DNA of 64,000 nt, from positions 1 to 64,000 of the forward strand of contig RBZT01000313.1 of NCBI GenBank assembly GCA_003693705.1, given 5' to 3'. The position numbers and the translations under genes are program-made. How positions within the stretch are numbered: the first letter of the stretch is position 1; each line of letters starts with the position of its first letter. This stretch comes from Polymyxa betae A26-41 (Eukaryota; Protista; Endomyxa: Phytomyxea). This document shows positions 49,065-61,650 of this stretch, one piece after another. Under the pieces are notes generated by a model. That model saw nothing but the letters and a program-made list of their open reading frames with translations. It ran no database searches and had not been told where the DNA came from.

Positions 49065-49600
49065 GGACAGGATTTGAACCTGGGTCTTCATCATGGTCGC
49101 CATCCACAATGTCCGGTGATACTACCCCTCGTTTACATACAACAGCAACCTCAGTCACCGTAGCTGCATCACATTTTGCATCTTGTTTGTTCCTGTCTTC
49201 AGTTTTGCTGCAGCTGATCAGGCATGATTCCGTGCATTTTTCATGATTGATATCTATCGATATGTACTCATCTCATTTCTGTCACATACACAGTTAACGT
49301 CCTAGGACAGATGAACATACTACCGTAATTAAATTCCTAATCGCTGTACTACGTACCTTCATTCGATACATATTTCTCAAATGGGTGATACAAATATCAT
49401 AGTTGGACTGCTTCGCATAAAGTCAGCGATTCTTTGGTGCTAAGAGAACCTACTTTGCAGAGCCTCAGATAGTATGTTTGAGGAGATCCGATCACATGCA
49501 TTCGACAAAAACCATGGTATAAACCAGATAGTTTCATAGTTACTCCGAAAAATTATATTCGTAATAACACCCCAAGCGTTTCTACACACTTTATTAGCAG

Positions 49601-51270
49601 TTATTTTGAGAAAGCCTGCAGTCCAGTGATTGACCGTCCAACAATTAATGCATGGATATCGGCTGTCCCTTCGTATGTGTTTACCGCTTCCAAATTGACC
49701 ATATGACGCATCACGTGGAACTCATCTGATCCATCTCGTCAACGAGTGGAAGCAAACTATTTAGTCGATCTTACCCGATACACCATTGCCTCCCAGCATA
49801 TCGCGACATGTTCGGGCCACTTCTAGCGCCTTCATGCAGGAGTTTCGTTTAATCATAGAGATCTGGGTCGGGTTCAGTTGATTCTCGTCTTTCAGCCGAC
49901 CAACACGCAGACAGGCATGAAGAGCGAATGTAATTTCTCCCAGCATATTCGCCAGCTTCAATTGAATCAACTAAGATGAGCTAAGCAAAACGGCATTATT
50001 TTAAGCTGTAATTATCATCTACCTGGTTTGAAGCTAAGGACGCGCCAAACTGGTTCCTATCCAAAGTATACTGACGAGCAATCTTGAGGCATTCTTCAGC
50101 AGCTCCTAGAGCACCCCAGGCGATCCCAAATCTTGCGTTGTTCAGGCAAGAGAAAGGACCTTTCAATCCGGATACTGTAGTGAACATATTTGCTTTAGGA
50201 ACTCGAACATCTTCTAAAACGATTTCACCTTTAAATCCAAGCTTAATTCCCTTAATAAAACCGCATTGATCGGTGAAATGTAATACCCGTAGAAGATGCT
50301 CGTAACGACAACTTTCCATGAATAATGGGAGTTGAGATACCCTTCATGTCGCGATCCAGTACAAACCCGCGAATTTCATCCTGGTCGTCCTTCGCCCAAA
50401 CGACGAAAACGTCCGCAATAGGAGAGTTCGTGATCCATGTTTTGGCTCCATTTAGAACGTAATGGTCACCATCCAGCTTTGCTCTGGACTCCATCGATCC
50501 AGGATCCGACCCTAAATTCCGGTCAATATTTTTCTTCCAGTGTAAATTATCCCTATACCGACCGTGGTTCGGCTCGGTTAGACCAAAACATCCAATAATC
50601 TCGCCTGAAATTGAGTTCATTGGAGGCAGCATTTAATTCCCATAACGGCCCACCTTTGGCAAGTTTGGGTAGATATTTTTTCTTCATTGATTCTGAGCCG
50701 AATTGATTTATAGGATGCAATACCAACGACGACTGCACTGAAAGTGCTGATCGGTAGCTACTGTCTACCCTGTAGACCATTCATAATCATATTTGTTGAA
50801 ACATTGTCGATTAACGGTAAACGATCTGAAAAAAACTGTTTGATGAATGAAAAGTCGATTAAAAAATCTACCTTTCAATTTCACGGGCAATCAGCCCATA
50901 AGCCACTGAAGACATGCCAGCACATCCATATCCTTTGATGGTAGATCCCAGTAAACCCAGTTCTAAGCATTACTTTAAACAAGACTTAGAATTTGTCATC
51001 AGGTTTCCTCGCCTCCCATCTCTTTCATAATATTGGCGTCGAATTCACCAGCTCGTGCCGCTTCCATGACCCCTGGCTGGAGCCGCTCCTTCCACGAGAT
51101 CAAAAGGAGCCACGCGATCGATGGACATTCCCAACTTGGGCATACTGACGTGTCAGTTGCTGTGCGCTGAGCTCATCGTCGGTCAGCAAAGACGACAACG
51201 CCAATGGATCCTGCCAGTTAAACTTGGTGAATTTTGACAATGATCGTCTACGAAGTAGAGAGCAAAGCAT
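49601..51270 (-). CDS. GCDH: Glutaryl-CoA dehydrogenase, mitochondrial
   Basis: [61 protein letters not shown]. Confidence 0.95.
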
Positions 51271-51327
51271 AATGTCAGATTGACTGAGAGGTCCCCTCCC
51301 CCCTTTAATGATGAGAGAAAAGAAATT

Positions 51328-51433
51328 ATGTAACGATACTCTGTTAGACTTAACGGACATCCCATGGGGCCATGGGGAACGATTCATGTAACAATACTCT
51401 GTAAGACTTAACGGGCACTCCATGCGGCCATGG
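51328..51433. repeat. Imperfect direct duplication, period 58 bp, in the GCDH/SMS divergent promoter
   Basis: ATGTAACGATACTCTGTTAGACTTAACGG..CCATGG at 51328 and ATGTAACAATACTCTGTAAGACTTAACGG..CCATGG at 51386. Confidence 0.85.
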
Positions 51434-51886
51434 TGTAACTTTATTTCACCAAACAGAGGCTTATTATATATTCAATGCTGGCAGATCCATTGCTTCACTA
51501 TTTGGGCATTCTTGATGATTTCCTCCCTAGGCAAAGTTCAGCGAACTAAATTTCCAATCCAATCGTCATTTATTCACAAATACAATGATACGAGATCACC
51601 GTCGGGGCAGTGTTATAGTATGTGATTCAAACGTGCATAGAGCAAGGCAAAGGGGTACACTGCTCTAATACAGGTCTTCTCTTTATCTTATTTTCACAAT
51701 TCTGGTCATGAGGCTTGAGGCAACTTCCATTTTATTCCAGAATCTAGCTAGATTCAGACTTTGAGTTAAACTCATTTGCTACCAAGATGACAATTGGACA
51801 CATTGGAATTTAAATAACTTAAAATTTGTTAATTCGATTTCGCGTGCCCAGAAGAAATATTATAATACATATTTCTTCGTGATGCC

Positions 51887-52846
51887 ATGATTGAGCCTCT
51901 ACTACACGAGTATCGTTCACCGAGAATCAAGTACGCCGGAAGAAAGCAAGATCTGTTTGCCTGTCTATTCTGGTTGGGATCTGCCTATTTTGATGCAATT
52001 TGTCAAGTGTATATTCAGATCCATTATCGACAACTGGGGTTTGTTCTGTCTGACTTGCTCCATGATGCCTTTGCTGGCATGCAGATAAACTCAGTTTATG
52101 CAACTGTGATGTTAATCATGGCCTGTAGTACTGCATTGTTGCGATTGACATTAGATCGGGCTTCTCTATTGAAGATGATCAGACGATTCATGTTTCTACA
52201 AGGATGTGTGTTTCTAATGAGAGCTGCCACGATCACGGTGACCCAGCTGCCAAATCCGTTCCCTGCTTGTAACTTCGCTGTTTATGCTGACAGGGGAGTA
52301 TTACCGCAAGCACTAAGTAAGACTTTATGTAATACTTTTTAGACTCGATTTTAATCGTCTGGTAATTCGAAAGTGGTTACAATGGGATTGTCGGCCACCT
52401 GCAATGATGTTATGTTCAGCGGACATGCAGCGACAATGATTCTTTGTGCCATTATTGGTGGACAAAGCCTTTCTATACGTAAGCATTGGCAGGAGCATCA
52501 CAGTCTTTATGACTGAATTTCAGTAGGAAACGTTCGATATACTCAGAGGATTGCAAACTTTCTTAGAACGCTGCTTTGGATTGAAGTATCCGTTGGGCTT
52601 TTCTTCATTGTAGCCTCGAGATTTCATTGTAGGGCGCACAGATATTTGGCCTGTCATTCTGAAGAATTAAGGATAATATTCAGATACGGTTGATGTTGCT
52701 GTCACTGTTTTTATCGTGGTACCGTTAGCTTGGCTTTATCAGGCTTTGTTGCTGTTGGGCGAGAGAACGAAAAACTCTCGGACAACAGAAAGACGAATCG
52801 TTCAGAGCTCTGTCGCAATTTATTGATTGGCTCGAGAATACTTGAC
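51887..52846 (+). CDS. Sphingomyelin/inositol-phosphorylceramide synthase family protein; 3' end uncertain
   Basis: RAATITVTQLPNP, CNDVMFSGHA and SRFHYTVDV catalytic motifs. Confidence 0.88.
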
Positions 52847-52969
52847 ATGGCATATTTTTATGTTAATCTAAAATCCATGGGTCATGTGTACTTTGTACAG
52901 GCATTAACTTTTTCATGCGAGCAGCAGAACGGGCGTTAGTACGATCGGGATTACTCGTGCTCTTTTGAC

Positions 52970-55378
52970 TCACATGCAACGCAGCATCGATTTGTGATTG
53001 CTACCATATAATGTGAATGCACCTTGATGCATCAAACGCATCCTTACTATTTCATTCATTCGATCGTTGAATCTTCGAGCTTCCTGTTGCTTTCTATTGT
53101 TCATTTGGTCCAGCAATTCTTTGGGAATCGAGCCAAGATCACGTATATCAGAAGTCTGTTCTTCCTCTAATTGCTTCTGATATTGTGATACTTTTTCACT
53201 CAGCAGCATTGCGAATTTGACCTTGCTTTGTTCTGCCTAAAACGTTGATGAAACACTATGCCGCAACAGAATGGTGGTGGAAACGTACTTCTGCCTTACA
53301 CTTTTCTAGTTGCCGATTGAGTTCATCCTTCTCTTTTATTCTGGTTTTTAGCTCCGCCATATTATCGTGATATTCTTCACTTAATTGATGAAAGTTCAAA
53401 GAACTTCCGGAGAACTCGAAATCAAGGGCTTCGATTTCGCTTGTAAGGCGATGCATTTCGGCGCACATTTGAATAGCAGCCTGCTTTATCCAAGCTGTTA
53501 AATAAAGAACTAAATATATAAAATGTGCTCAAGCTTACTTCATATGATTGTAGCTCTTCCTCTTCATTGCCGTAAGAATACTGTGTACAAGCATCTGCTA
53601 GATCCATCATGTCCTGCCTTTAAGAGCGGCATTGGCCTCATAACATAAGCATTTTGGATAAATTACCTTATCCGAACTAAAAGATTTGAGTCTTCGAGTT
53701 TCAGAACGATGCTTCGGCATTGCTCATTGTACTGATTTAATTTACGAACTAAATTTTGCTGATGGACTATTTGCGATGTGACCGTATTGTAGAAATCCAC
53801 TTTTGCCTGCGATTGTCGCTGCAGTAAATCTTTCTTTTCACTGATTAAGTAATTTCTGACAGAAATTTAGCAACAGCATGCGAAAGTGTCCACAACTACT
53901 CTCTCGTTCGGTTGTCATGGAGTTCGCCCTCAAACTCAACCACTTCTTGCATTATACATGCAATCTGATTCTCGTACATCACCGACGTTTCTATGGAATC
54001 ATTGTGCGATTCCCTCAAACGATATATAGCTTCTTGCAAGGATATGTATCTAAAATGCTTCAGCATTTCCGATGAGCACACAAATTATTACCTGTTCTCG
54101 AGGTCGATTGTTGCTTCCAACGATTGAATAAAAACTTTCGTCAATCTTTTCCTCTCATTAACAGCGAAAAGAACAAGATTGTTGGACGTTTCAAGGGACT
54201 GGCAGAAACTACTGATAGAATCCTTCATCTGCAGCAGATCTACTTCGATATTCTCATTGTTTTGAATCTGAATTAAGAACACCGGTTCGATTAGCTTTCT
54301 AAGCAGAGAAGCAGATGTAGAGCAAATTTTACCAATTGCCGAAATCCACGAATTTGAGCTTTGACTTCTACCAGTTGGGCATTATAAACGTCGAGCTGCA
54401 TGCTGATGTTTTCTAAGTTCTTGGAATGCAGTTCCAGTTCTTCAATCTGCTCGTCCGTATTCAGTTGGCTGTAAAAGATCTGAAGGTGATGAGCAAGCAA
54501 TGAGTATCATAAGAAATTAAAAGAACACCTCAAGGAATGCTTGAGATATTGCTTGCTGAAGTGAGTGAATTTCAGCGTTCTTGGTGTCTAACGCAAAGTT
54601 AATGAAAAAAGGTCAAAGGCACAAAATACTACAGCGTACCAAAAATGGCAAGCATTTCAGAGAACTGTGACTTATATTCCCAAGATTTCGCTTGAGTTTC
54701 ATCAAGTGTCCCAATGGCTTTCGTCACTTCGGATTGTACTGTTCAAGCGGAAGCATCAGATATCATGATGTAGCTGCATAATCATTAAACACCTGAGCGA
54801 ATGCTAGCTGATGTTGAATCTCGTCGACTTTGTGTTTCACCTTTCCTAATCTGCAGTTCACTAAACTGATTTCTCAAGTCATCAATCAAGGCAACATGTT
54901 TCGCAATGTCGCTCTCAGCTGAACGAGGTTTGAATTGAGCTTAATTTTGTTAAACAAGACCAAGAGACCTTCAGAAATCATTGACACCTTTTCGGTTCGG
55001 TCCTTGGTAACTTGTTTTAAAGTTCGAGATATCCATTCCATAACCGTATGCTGTTGCTCAACCTTTTTACAGCGATCCGCTAATATCTCCACCAATTCTT
55101 TCTCCTTATTTACGACTTCGCAAAGGTCGCTAAGCATTACATTTCTTTCTGCTAAAGCAGCACGCATTTCATGTTGCTATGCCAAAATTCATTAGATGCT
55201 CAAAAGAGACTGTGATAGCTCACAAGTTGGAAATTCCCAGCTTGAATTTCGCTGTTCTCCTTGATCAGTCGCTCTATTTCAACATAAGAATAGACCACTA
55301 CAAAGTAAGCGCCATACCAAGGTTGGAAAGCGGATCACCAGACGATCGCTCCACCGCAGCGCTGGCAACCCCGAGCAT
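52970..55378 (-). CDS. Long coiled-coil protein, many exons
   Basis: Series of E/Q/K/L-rich heptad ORFs on the minus strand separated by short introns. Confidence 0.65.
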
Positions 55379-55734
55379 ATTGGCCAAAACGATCCGACCA
55401 CAAAGAGAGCCAATATATAAATGACAAACTCATATTGGTTTAGACAATAAATCGACAGAAGTGTTCGTTACAAATGGCAATTGTGGGGCAGTCACATTCA
55501 ATGTGATACTGAGACACTGCTAACTTGGGGGCGACCCCGTCATCCCGAGACCCCAAGCCTCAGCTGAGAGACCCTTCATAGCTACTACCCCTGTAAATTT
55601 GAAGGCTCCTCTGCTGCTAAAGGCGTTGTTCTTCAAAAATGCTTTAATGTTTTATAGAAATACATACTATGGTTGCTGTGTTTAAGGTGCTATCTACTCC
55701 CACGCACTCATTTCTACAATCGGGGACGTCCAAC

Positions 55735-56565
55735 ATGATTCGATTCGGCAAGGACCGAAACGTTCTCAGCCGGATGTCAAAATTGCTTCAATCCGGTCAT
55801 GTCGACCAGGTTCCGATTTGGTATCAGGTCGCTCTACGTGTTCCGCCCAATATGCACTATCCTGTAATTCTATTCTAACCTTGCCAAGCTTCCAACCTAC
55901 CGAACTTAATCATTCTGCTGATCTGTGTAGATGATGAAACCACCAAAGCTGGCTTCCTCAACGGATCGCCTGAACCGTGTTTTCGATAAGGAGTTCATGA
56001 GGGTGTACAAGATGGACCCGAATCAATGTATTCTTCCCGATCGACCTGCTTATGATGAAAACAGCGGCGACAACTGCAATTATCGTGCTGAATTTGTTGA
56101 CAAATGGGCTAAGGTCTCAGCCAACGGTTTATCAACTGATCATTTTTGATTATGTTTTTAGGTGATGGAAGGACAACCCGAACTCAGTCTATCTTCCAGC
56201 TTCGATATAGTTGTCGAACAGATGAAGGATCGACTTGAGGAGTCGAAAGCCCGCCTTGTGATGCTCCTCAGGACTCAGATGGATCCCGAGAACAAATATG
56301 CTGGTCTGGGAGTCAAAGAAATCATGCGCCAAAAAGACTTGAATCGAATTGATGAAATTATTATCAAGCGTCGCAAACGCCTGGAGTACTTTCGATTTTC
56401 TTTAAATTCTCTTCTTTTCCTAACAATTCGCGTAGGACCATGATGGGCAGCGAAACTGTATCCTCTGATAAAGATTCAGCCCGCTTTTCACGGTCGATGT
56501 CGATCGTTGAAGCTGAAATCTTAAAGCGCCGGACTGCCGATAACTGGACAGACACCAAAGTCTAA
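55735..56565 (+). CDS. Mitochondrial ribosomal protein mS23-like
   Basis: NVLSRMSKLLQSGHVDQVPIWYQVALRVPP resembles the mS23 N-terminal R..LL..G....P.W......PP motif. Confidence 0.7.
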
Positions 56566-56859
56566 ACCAATAATTTGTGTAATGCAGCGGTACGCTTGAG
56601 GATTCAGAAATAAGTATTGAAGATAAGTAAATGATGACGTTGTCAGCGTGAAAGGTTTATGCATAATAGTTTGGTATAATGATGTCACCACTATTCACGA
56701 CTTAGTCCTGCCACCACTAGATACCATGAGCATCTTTTGGTTTTGACGCTTTAGATATTGTCAACAGCATCGTATGCATATACCGGGGCCGCGTATGCCC
56801 AAGGTTTTCTTTAGAATTATCGATTGCGAACAGTAATACTTTGGCCCTAGATACACAGG

Positions 56860-59376
56860 CTATCTGAAGGAAACCGTTGGAGTTGAAGAAACGGTGAAGT
56901 TTCCGGCCTCGGCTGAGATCAGTTGGATTGGTTGCTTCGGCTGCATGTAGCATAGTCCAAGTTTCACCATTTTTTGGCAGATGTGACGTTTCAGTTCCAG
57001 ATCGGCTTCGCGGAATGCTGCACGCTCACGCCATTGCAACTTCGACTCGATGTACATTCTTAATGTGAAGCTATTCGACTGTAACAATGCATGTGAACTC
57101 AGCTATTCTATCACCGACTTTAGTAACATTACCTGTTTGATTTCTTTCATCACTATCGAAATCCGTGGTTTCCATTGTTCTGAGTGCCGACGGGTGTACG
57201 TTAAAATAGAGGCCCTCAGTCGTTCAATAGTATCAACGGACGTGGTTATAGACAATTCAGTCTCCACCAAACTGCAACTTGTTTCAGGGGAAAATTGTTT
57301 TGTTGGAAAGGCGACGGTTTGCTCTACCTGATAGCATTATCGACCGAGTACGACAGATTAATGATATCCATGTCACATAGCTTTTGATTAGACATGCGGA
57401 TGATTTGATTGGTTCGATTCTGCAATCTCGTCTCCAGCAGACCTACAACTGTTTGAAATTGCTGGGTGCTGTTGCCTGTTGTAACTTACTGATTTGTTTT
57501 ACGACATATAGTTCATTGTCGATAATGACTGAATCATTGACCTGAATGAGTAGTCATGATTATCAAACTTCACTCAATGTACAAGTCTTACCGTATAAGG
57601 GCGGGATCCAAACACAAAAATAATGCTCTCAACAATCCGGCTAATGGATTTGCTCATCGCAAATGAAAAGGAAAAGATAATCGTCGATAAGAGAACGATT
57701 ATGTCTTTCAAGTGATATCCAAATATATAAGCAACGAAAAACCCTGTACATATCCAGAACAAGCTGCAAATTGCAGTGTTAATGAGCGAGTAAATATTTG
57801 AAAAGTTGGTCAGCTTGTTCGTCAACACCGATCGAGATCTGTATATTCTATGGAAAGCGGCTTTGAAGTCGTCTCGTTCGATCCGCATTTTGGTCACAAC
57901 GCCGGGGTCAGAAGAAAACATAACGCGAAACGACTTCTTGGCTGCTTTCTTGTTATTATGGAATATCGATTCCCATGATTCGAATGTGATTATTTTTGAT
58001 TCCTGCTGCAGTAATATCTCGTCGTATATCACATTTGACATAAAATCAACCTATGACAACCGTTGAAGTGGAAACCCAGAAAACTATGACACCGACCTCT
58101 CTTTGAGACACGACTTCCACACGAGTATCTTGACTAAACCTCCATTGCTCCAACTTGTTCTGCTCCAATGGCAGAGACAACGGACCAGCCTTCATCCAAC
58201 TAAGTTTGGATATAAAGTTGGTCTTGAGCACATCGTTGAAACAACGAGCGAAAATATCCGAAGGCATCAAAGGATTCTGATAGCATAGCACATCGAGAAC
58301 GAAACGCTCGACGAAATATAACTCTTCTGCTTCAGGACCGAAAGAATTCCATGCGATTCGTTGTTCAAGAAGCTTCAAGAAAACATTTCGAATCATGACC
58401 AAGACGATGATATCCCAAATTGAACGACAAATCTTCTCAACCAATTCCGAACTAATCAACGGGGGACCGACATATCTACGTACGAAATAGTAAGATGAGA
58501 TTGCAATACAGATGATTGCTCGTACTGTTCCCACCACGAAGCTAAGAATATATTCAGAAATCCGAAGAAGAGGAAATTTCGCAGCCAAACAGAAGATGAT
58601 TGTACAGCAACGGCGACGATCCTGAGAGCTGATATTAACATTAACGTCATGCAAGGTGATCACCAAACGCCAACGTCATTACCATGGGGGATTGATTAAC
58701 GCGCATCGAATCAATCTTAAAAAGACCAGCTCGCTGGTGCTACACAGCAAATACAAACCGATTGCCATTCCCGGAACGGCAATCGGCATCCACAAAGTCT
58801 GATGCTGGAGCGGGCCTAAAAAATAATATGCCAATGCAGCTGCAGCAGATAGAGACATGCAGATCAGCAGAGCTAAATAATGCCGAAACCATTTACGTAG
58901 AGCTCGTCGGAATTGATGGAACCGGGATTTGTGCCTACCATCAACAAATGGGAGTGAGTTTCGGAACGTCTTTTTGCGAAAGAATTGCCCAGTATTGACG
59001 CTAGCCAATCGGACGGTTCTGTTCCTGTGTGCATGGTCAGTACACATCGCGTTGCAGTATCGGGGAAATTCAACCAGAATTGATCGTTCTCTTCCTGATC
59101 GCTCAGATCACCCTAGAACTAATTGAGATGATTGGACAAATATCCAGCGAGATTTCTCACCTGGGGGCTGTTTGACCTTTCCTGTTGATAATACGTATGA
59201 GGCTTGGAGTTCTCAATATCACTGCTCTGGTTCGGTCCGGGGATGGCAATGGTCGAATCGATTCCAACGAACACCTCCCGTAAAGAAGGCCGATTGCCAG
59301 AGATTTGATCATCAGGGGGCATCGCCGTGGTGAACGGATTCTCATTGTGATACAGCGGTTGTTTAGTTTGGGTCAT
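56860..59376 (-). CDS. MscS-like mechanosensitive channel
   Basis: Multiple TMs, SFSFAMS..IVESIIFVFGSRPYTVND, beta domain and C-terminal LGLCYMQPKQPI. Confidence 0.85.
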
Positions 59377-59582
59377 TAGCTATCTGATAATGATATTGGA
59401 GGGTTTTAGGTTCCGAGATGGAACCTGCTTCATATCGGTATCGTAATTCTAAAGCAAGACCGACTAATCCCCATGGATTAATCCACTTTATGAAATGAAA
59501 CATAATCAATCATTGGGATTGATAGTTGAAGTTCTCTCTCTTGTTGTATTTTGCTATCTATCTCGAAAAGGCAGTTTGACAT

Positions 59583-60347
59583 TTAGCAAGCACACGAATC
59601 AGAATTGCTGCTGTCGCCATTGTCCAGGCTGACAGTGCCGGAAGTAATCGTTCGAACATCGCCAGTAAGTACTGGATTGTCCATGATCTTGAGGACCAGT
59701 TCTTCGAAGGCTGCCGAGACGCCCGTGTTTGTCTTGGCGCTGGTCTGGATGAATAACATCCCGTGTTCACGAGCGAATTCTCGCCCTTCTTCTGCTAACA
59801 CGACGCGTTCCGATTCTAGATCAATCTTGTTGCCGACCAACATTTTGACAGTTTGGTCGGATGTCGTATAGAGATCGACTTCTTTTATCCACTCCTTGAT
59901 GTTTTCAAATGTATCACGCCGAGTGACATCAAACTATGTCAAATAAGTGTCGAGAAGGGTCAGAATTGATGACCAACCACTAATATAATGCCTTGAGCGC
60001 CTCTGTAATATGCTGAAGTTAATGTTCTAAACCTTTCCTGCCCTAACATGTAGATTATTTCACTGTTGACGAGTCGAGATTGAAATAAACCTGCAGTGTC
60101 CCATAGTGTTAGTTTCACGATCTTGTCTCGAAGTTTTAAAACTTTTAGCTTCAAATCTACACCGATAGTTGACTTGACGGCTTCGTCAAATGAGTTGCTC
60201 GTGAAAGCAAGTAACAGATTAGTCTCTATAAATCACTTTCAATAATACGAACTTGGTCGCAACCAAATGCAACTAACTCCCAACAGCTGAATCTCCAACC
60301 AGCAAAAGCTTAAACAGATGATCGTAGCTAGTGGCTGGAGCCGACAT
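59583..60347 (-). CDS. RAB18: Rab GTPase, Rab18/RabC-like
   Basis: [45 protein letters not shown]-terminal CAC. Confidence 0.88.
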
Positions 60348-61449
60348 TGCCAGCCACTAGACTGCCTGAGGTTGTCTCCGGTCGTGGATGACTCTATCAG
60401 GTAGATGAACGTCGCTTGATGAAGCGCAGCACGGCTATATCCTTGTTACTATAAGCTATATCCGATTATATGATAATATAACTGTATAATAATGACTACA
60501 TGATATATTCTAGAAATGAACGATTATGTGAATCGGTTGGACTATGTGCTAATCACACAGTATCGCGTCTTCATACTTGATAGAAACCAACCTACGAACG
60601 CATTCCTCGTAATGCTGCACAATACACTCCGAGAGTAGAGGATCACAGCGATACCTCTATCTATATTCAGGCTTGAGGTTCTGAATAGTTCTATGGTCAA
60701 ACTGGTTACTTAACAAATAAACAGAAGTCGTTGACGAAAACTGTTGCAAAACCGCATTCCTCTCTTAATCGTCTCTGCACGCATCCAGACATTGCACTTG
60801 ATGGTTAATAACGTATCACATGCATGTATATAGGTGCTTAAAACATGTTAATAGGCAGCTGTAAAAATATTAAATGAAACATTCATTCATGAAATTGATG
60901 AGGGGAAACACGATGCCATTCTGGTTCCAGTTAGAGCCGACATCATTTCTATATGTTCTGATTGCTGTCTGTTATACGCTTGATGACCTACCTGACCTAA
61001 CAAACGTGCAATGCATCTTCAATTATGAAAGAAAGTATTCAATGCACAAATAATCTGCTATTGATCCGGAAAAGCCTTCAATCCCTGATCACCAATCAGC
61101 ATCCGAAATTCGAGTTAAAGGCGCGCCAACACAATGTGACAGCGTTGCAGTCCAGCAAGGCTAGTTAAGAGACCTAAACAAACGTCAATGAATTGAATTA
61201 GACTATCAAGATCTCTTGAGGCCAGCCTATACAAATAGCGACCAAATTACTGCTCGGCGAGAATAGCTTCAAAGCAGCGATTGCTTCAAGTTTACGTCGA
61301 AATTGATTCATGTAATGCACCATATTTTAATATGCAGCTTTTCCAGTTCATCTTGGCTGTGATCAAGTTCATTGCGTTCTTTACGTGCCTTTTACATATA
61401 AGAAAATCGGAATAGAAACGTGACAATTTCCCTAATACGATAGGGTAGT

Positions 61450-61606
61450 CTGTAATCGCCTTCTTTGATCCCTTTTTCATCTAAATGGCAATTTGGGCGA
61501 AAAGAGAGGTCGGATTCGACAAATCAGATAAGGACGCCTGTAATCGCCTCCTTTGATCCCTTTTTCATCTCAATGGCAATTTGGGCGAAAAAGAAAGCTC
61601 GGATTG
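61450..61606. repeat. Imperfect direct duplication (about 67-bp unit, period 88 bp)
   Basis: CTGTAATCGCCTYCTTTGATCCCTTTTTCATCTMAATGGCAATTTGGGCGAAAA..TCGGATT at 61450 and 61538. Confidence 0.9.
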
Positions 61607-61650
61607 AAAGATGTGTAGAGTGTGGATATAGAGAGGGGGTTTGCGCAGAG

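Noticed and set aside
55524-55610. GGGGG..CTGAGA..ACCCTT hairpin region as a TPP riboswitch
   Set aside because: Lacks the CCUGAU..UAAU..GCG arm, and neighbouring genes are unrelated to thiamine.
60400-61440. Long spacer as a transposon or pseudogene
   Set aside because: No TIRs, target duplications or recognisable protein remnants found by eye; left unassigned.
51328-61606. Short direct repeats (51328, 61450) as CRISPR-like arrays
   Set aside because: Only two copies each, no spacer series, no cas genes, eukaryotic context.
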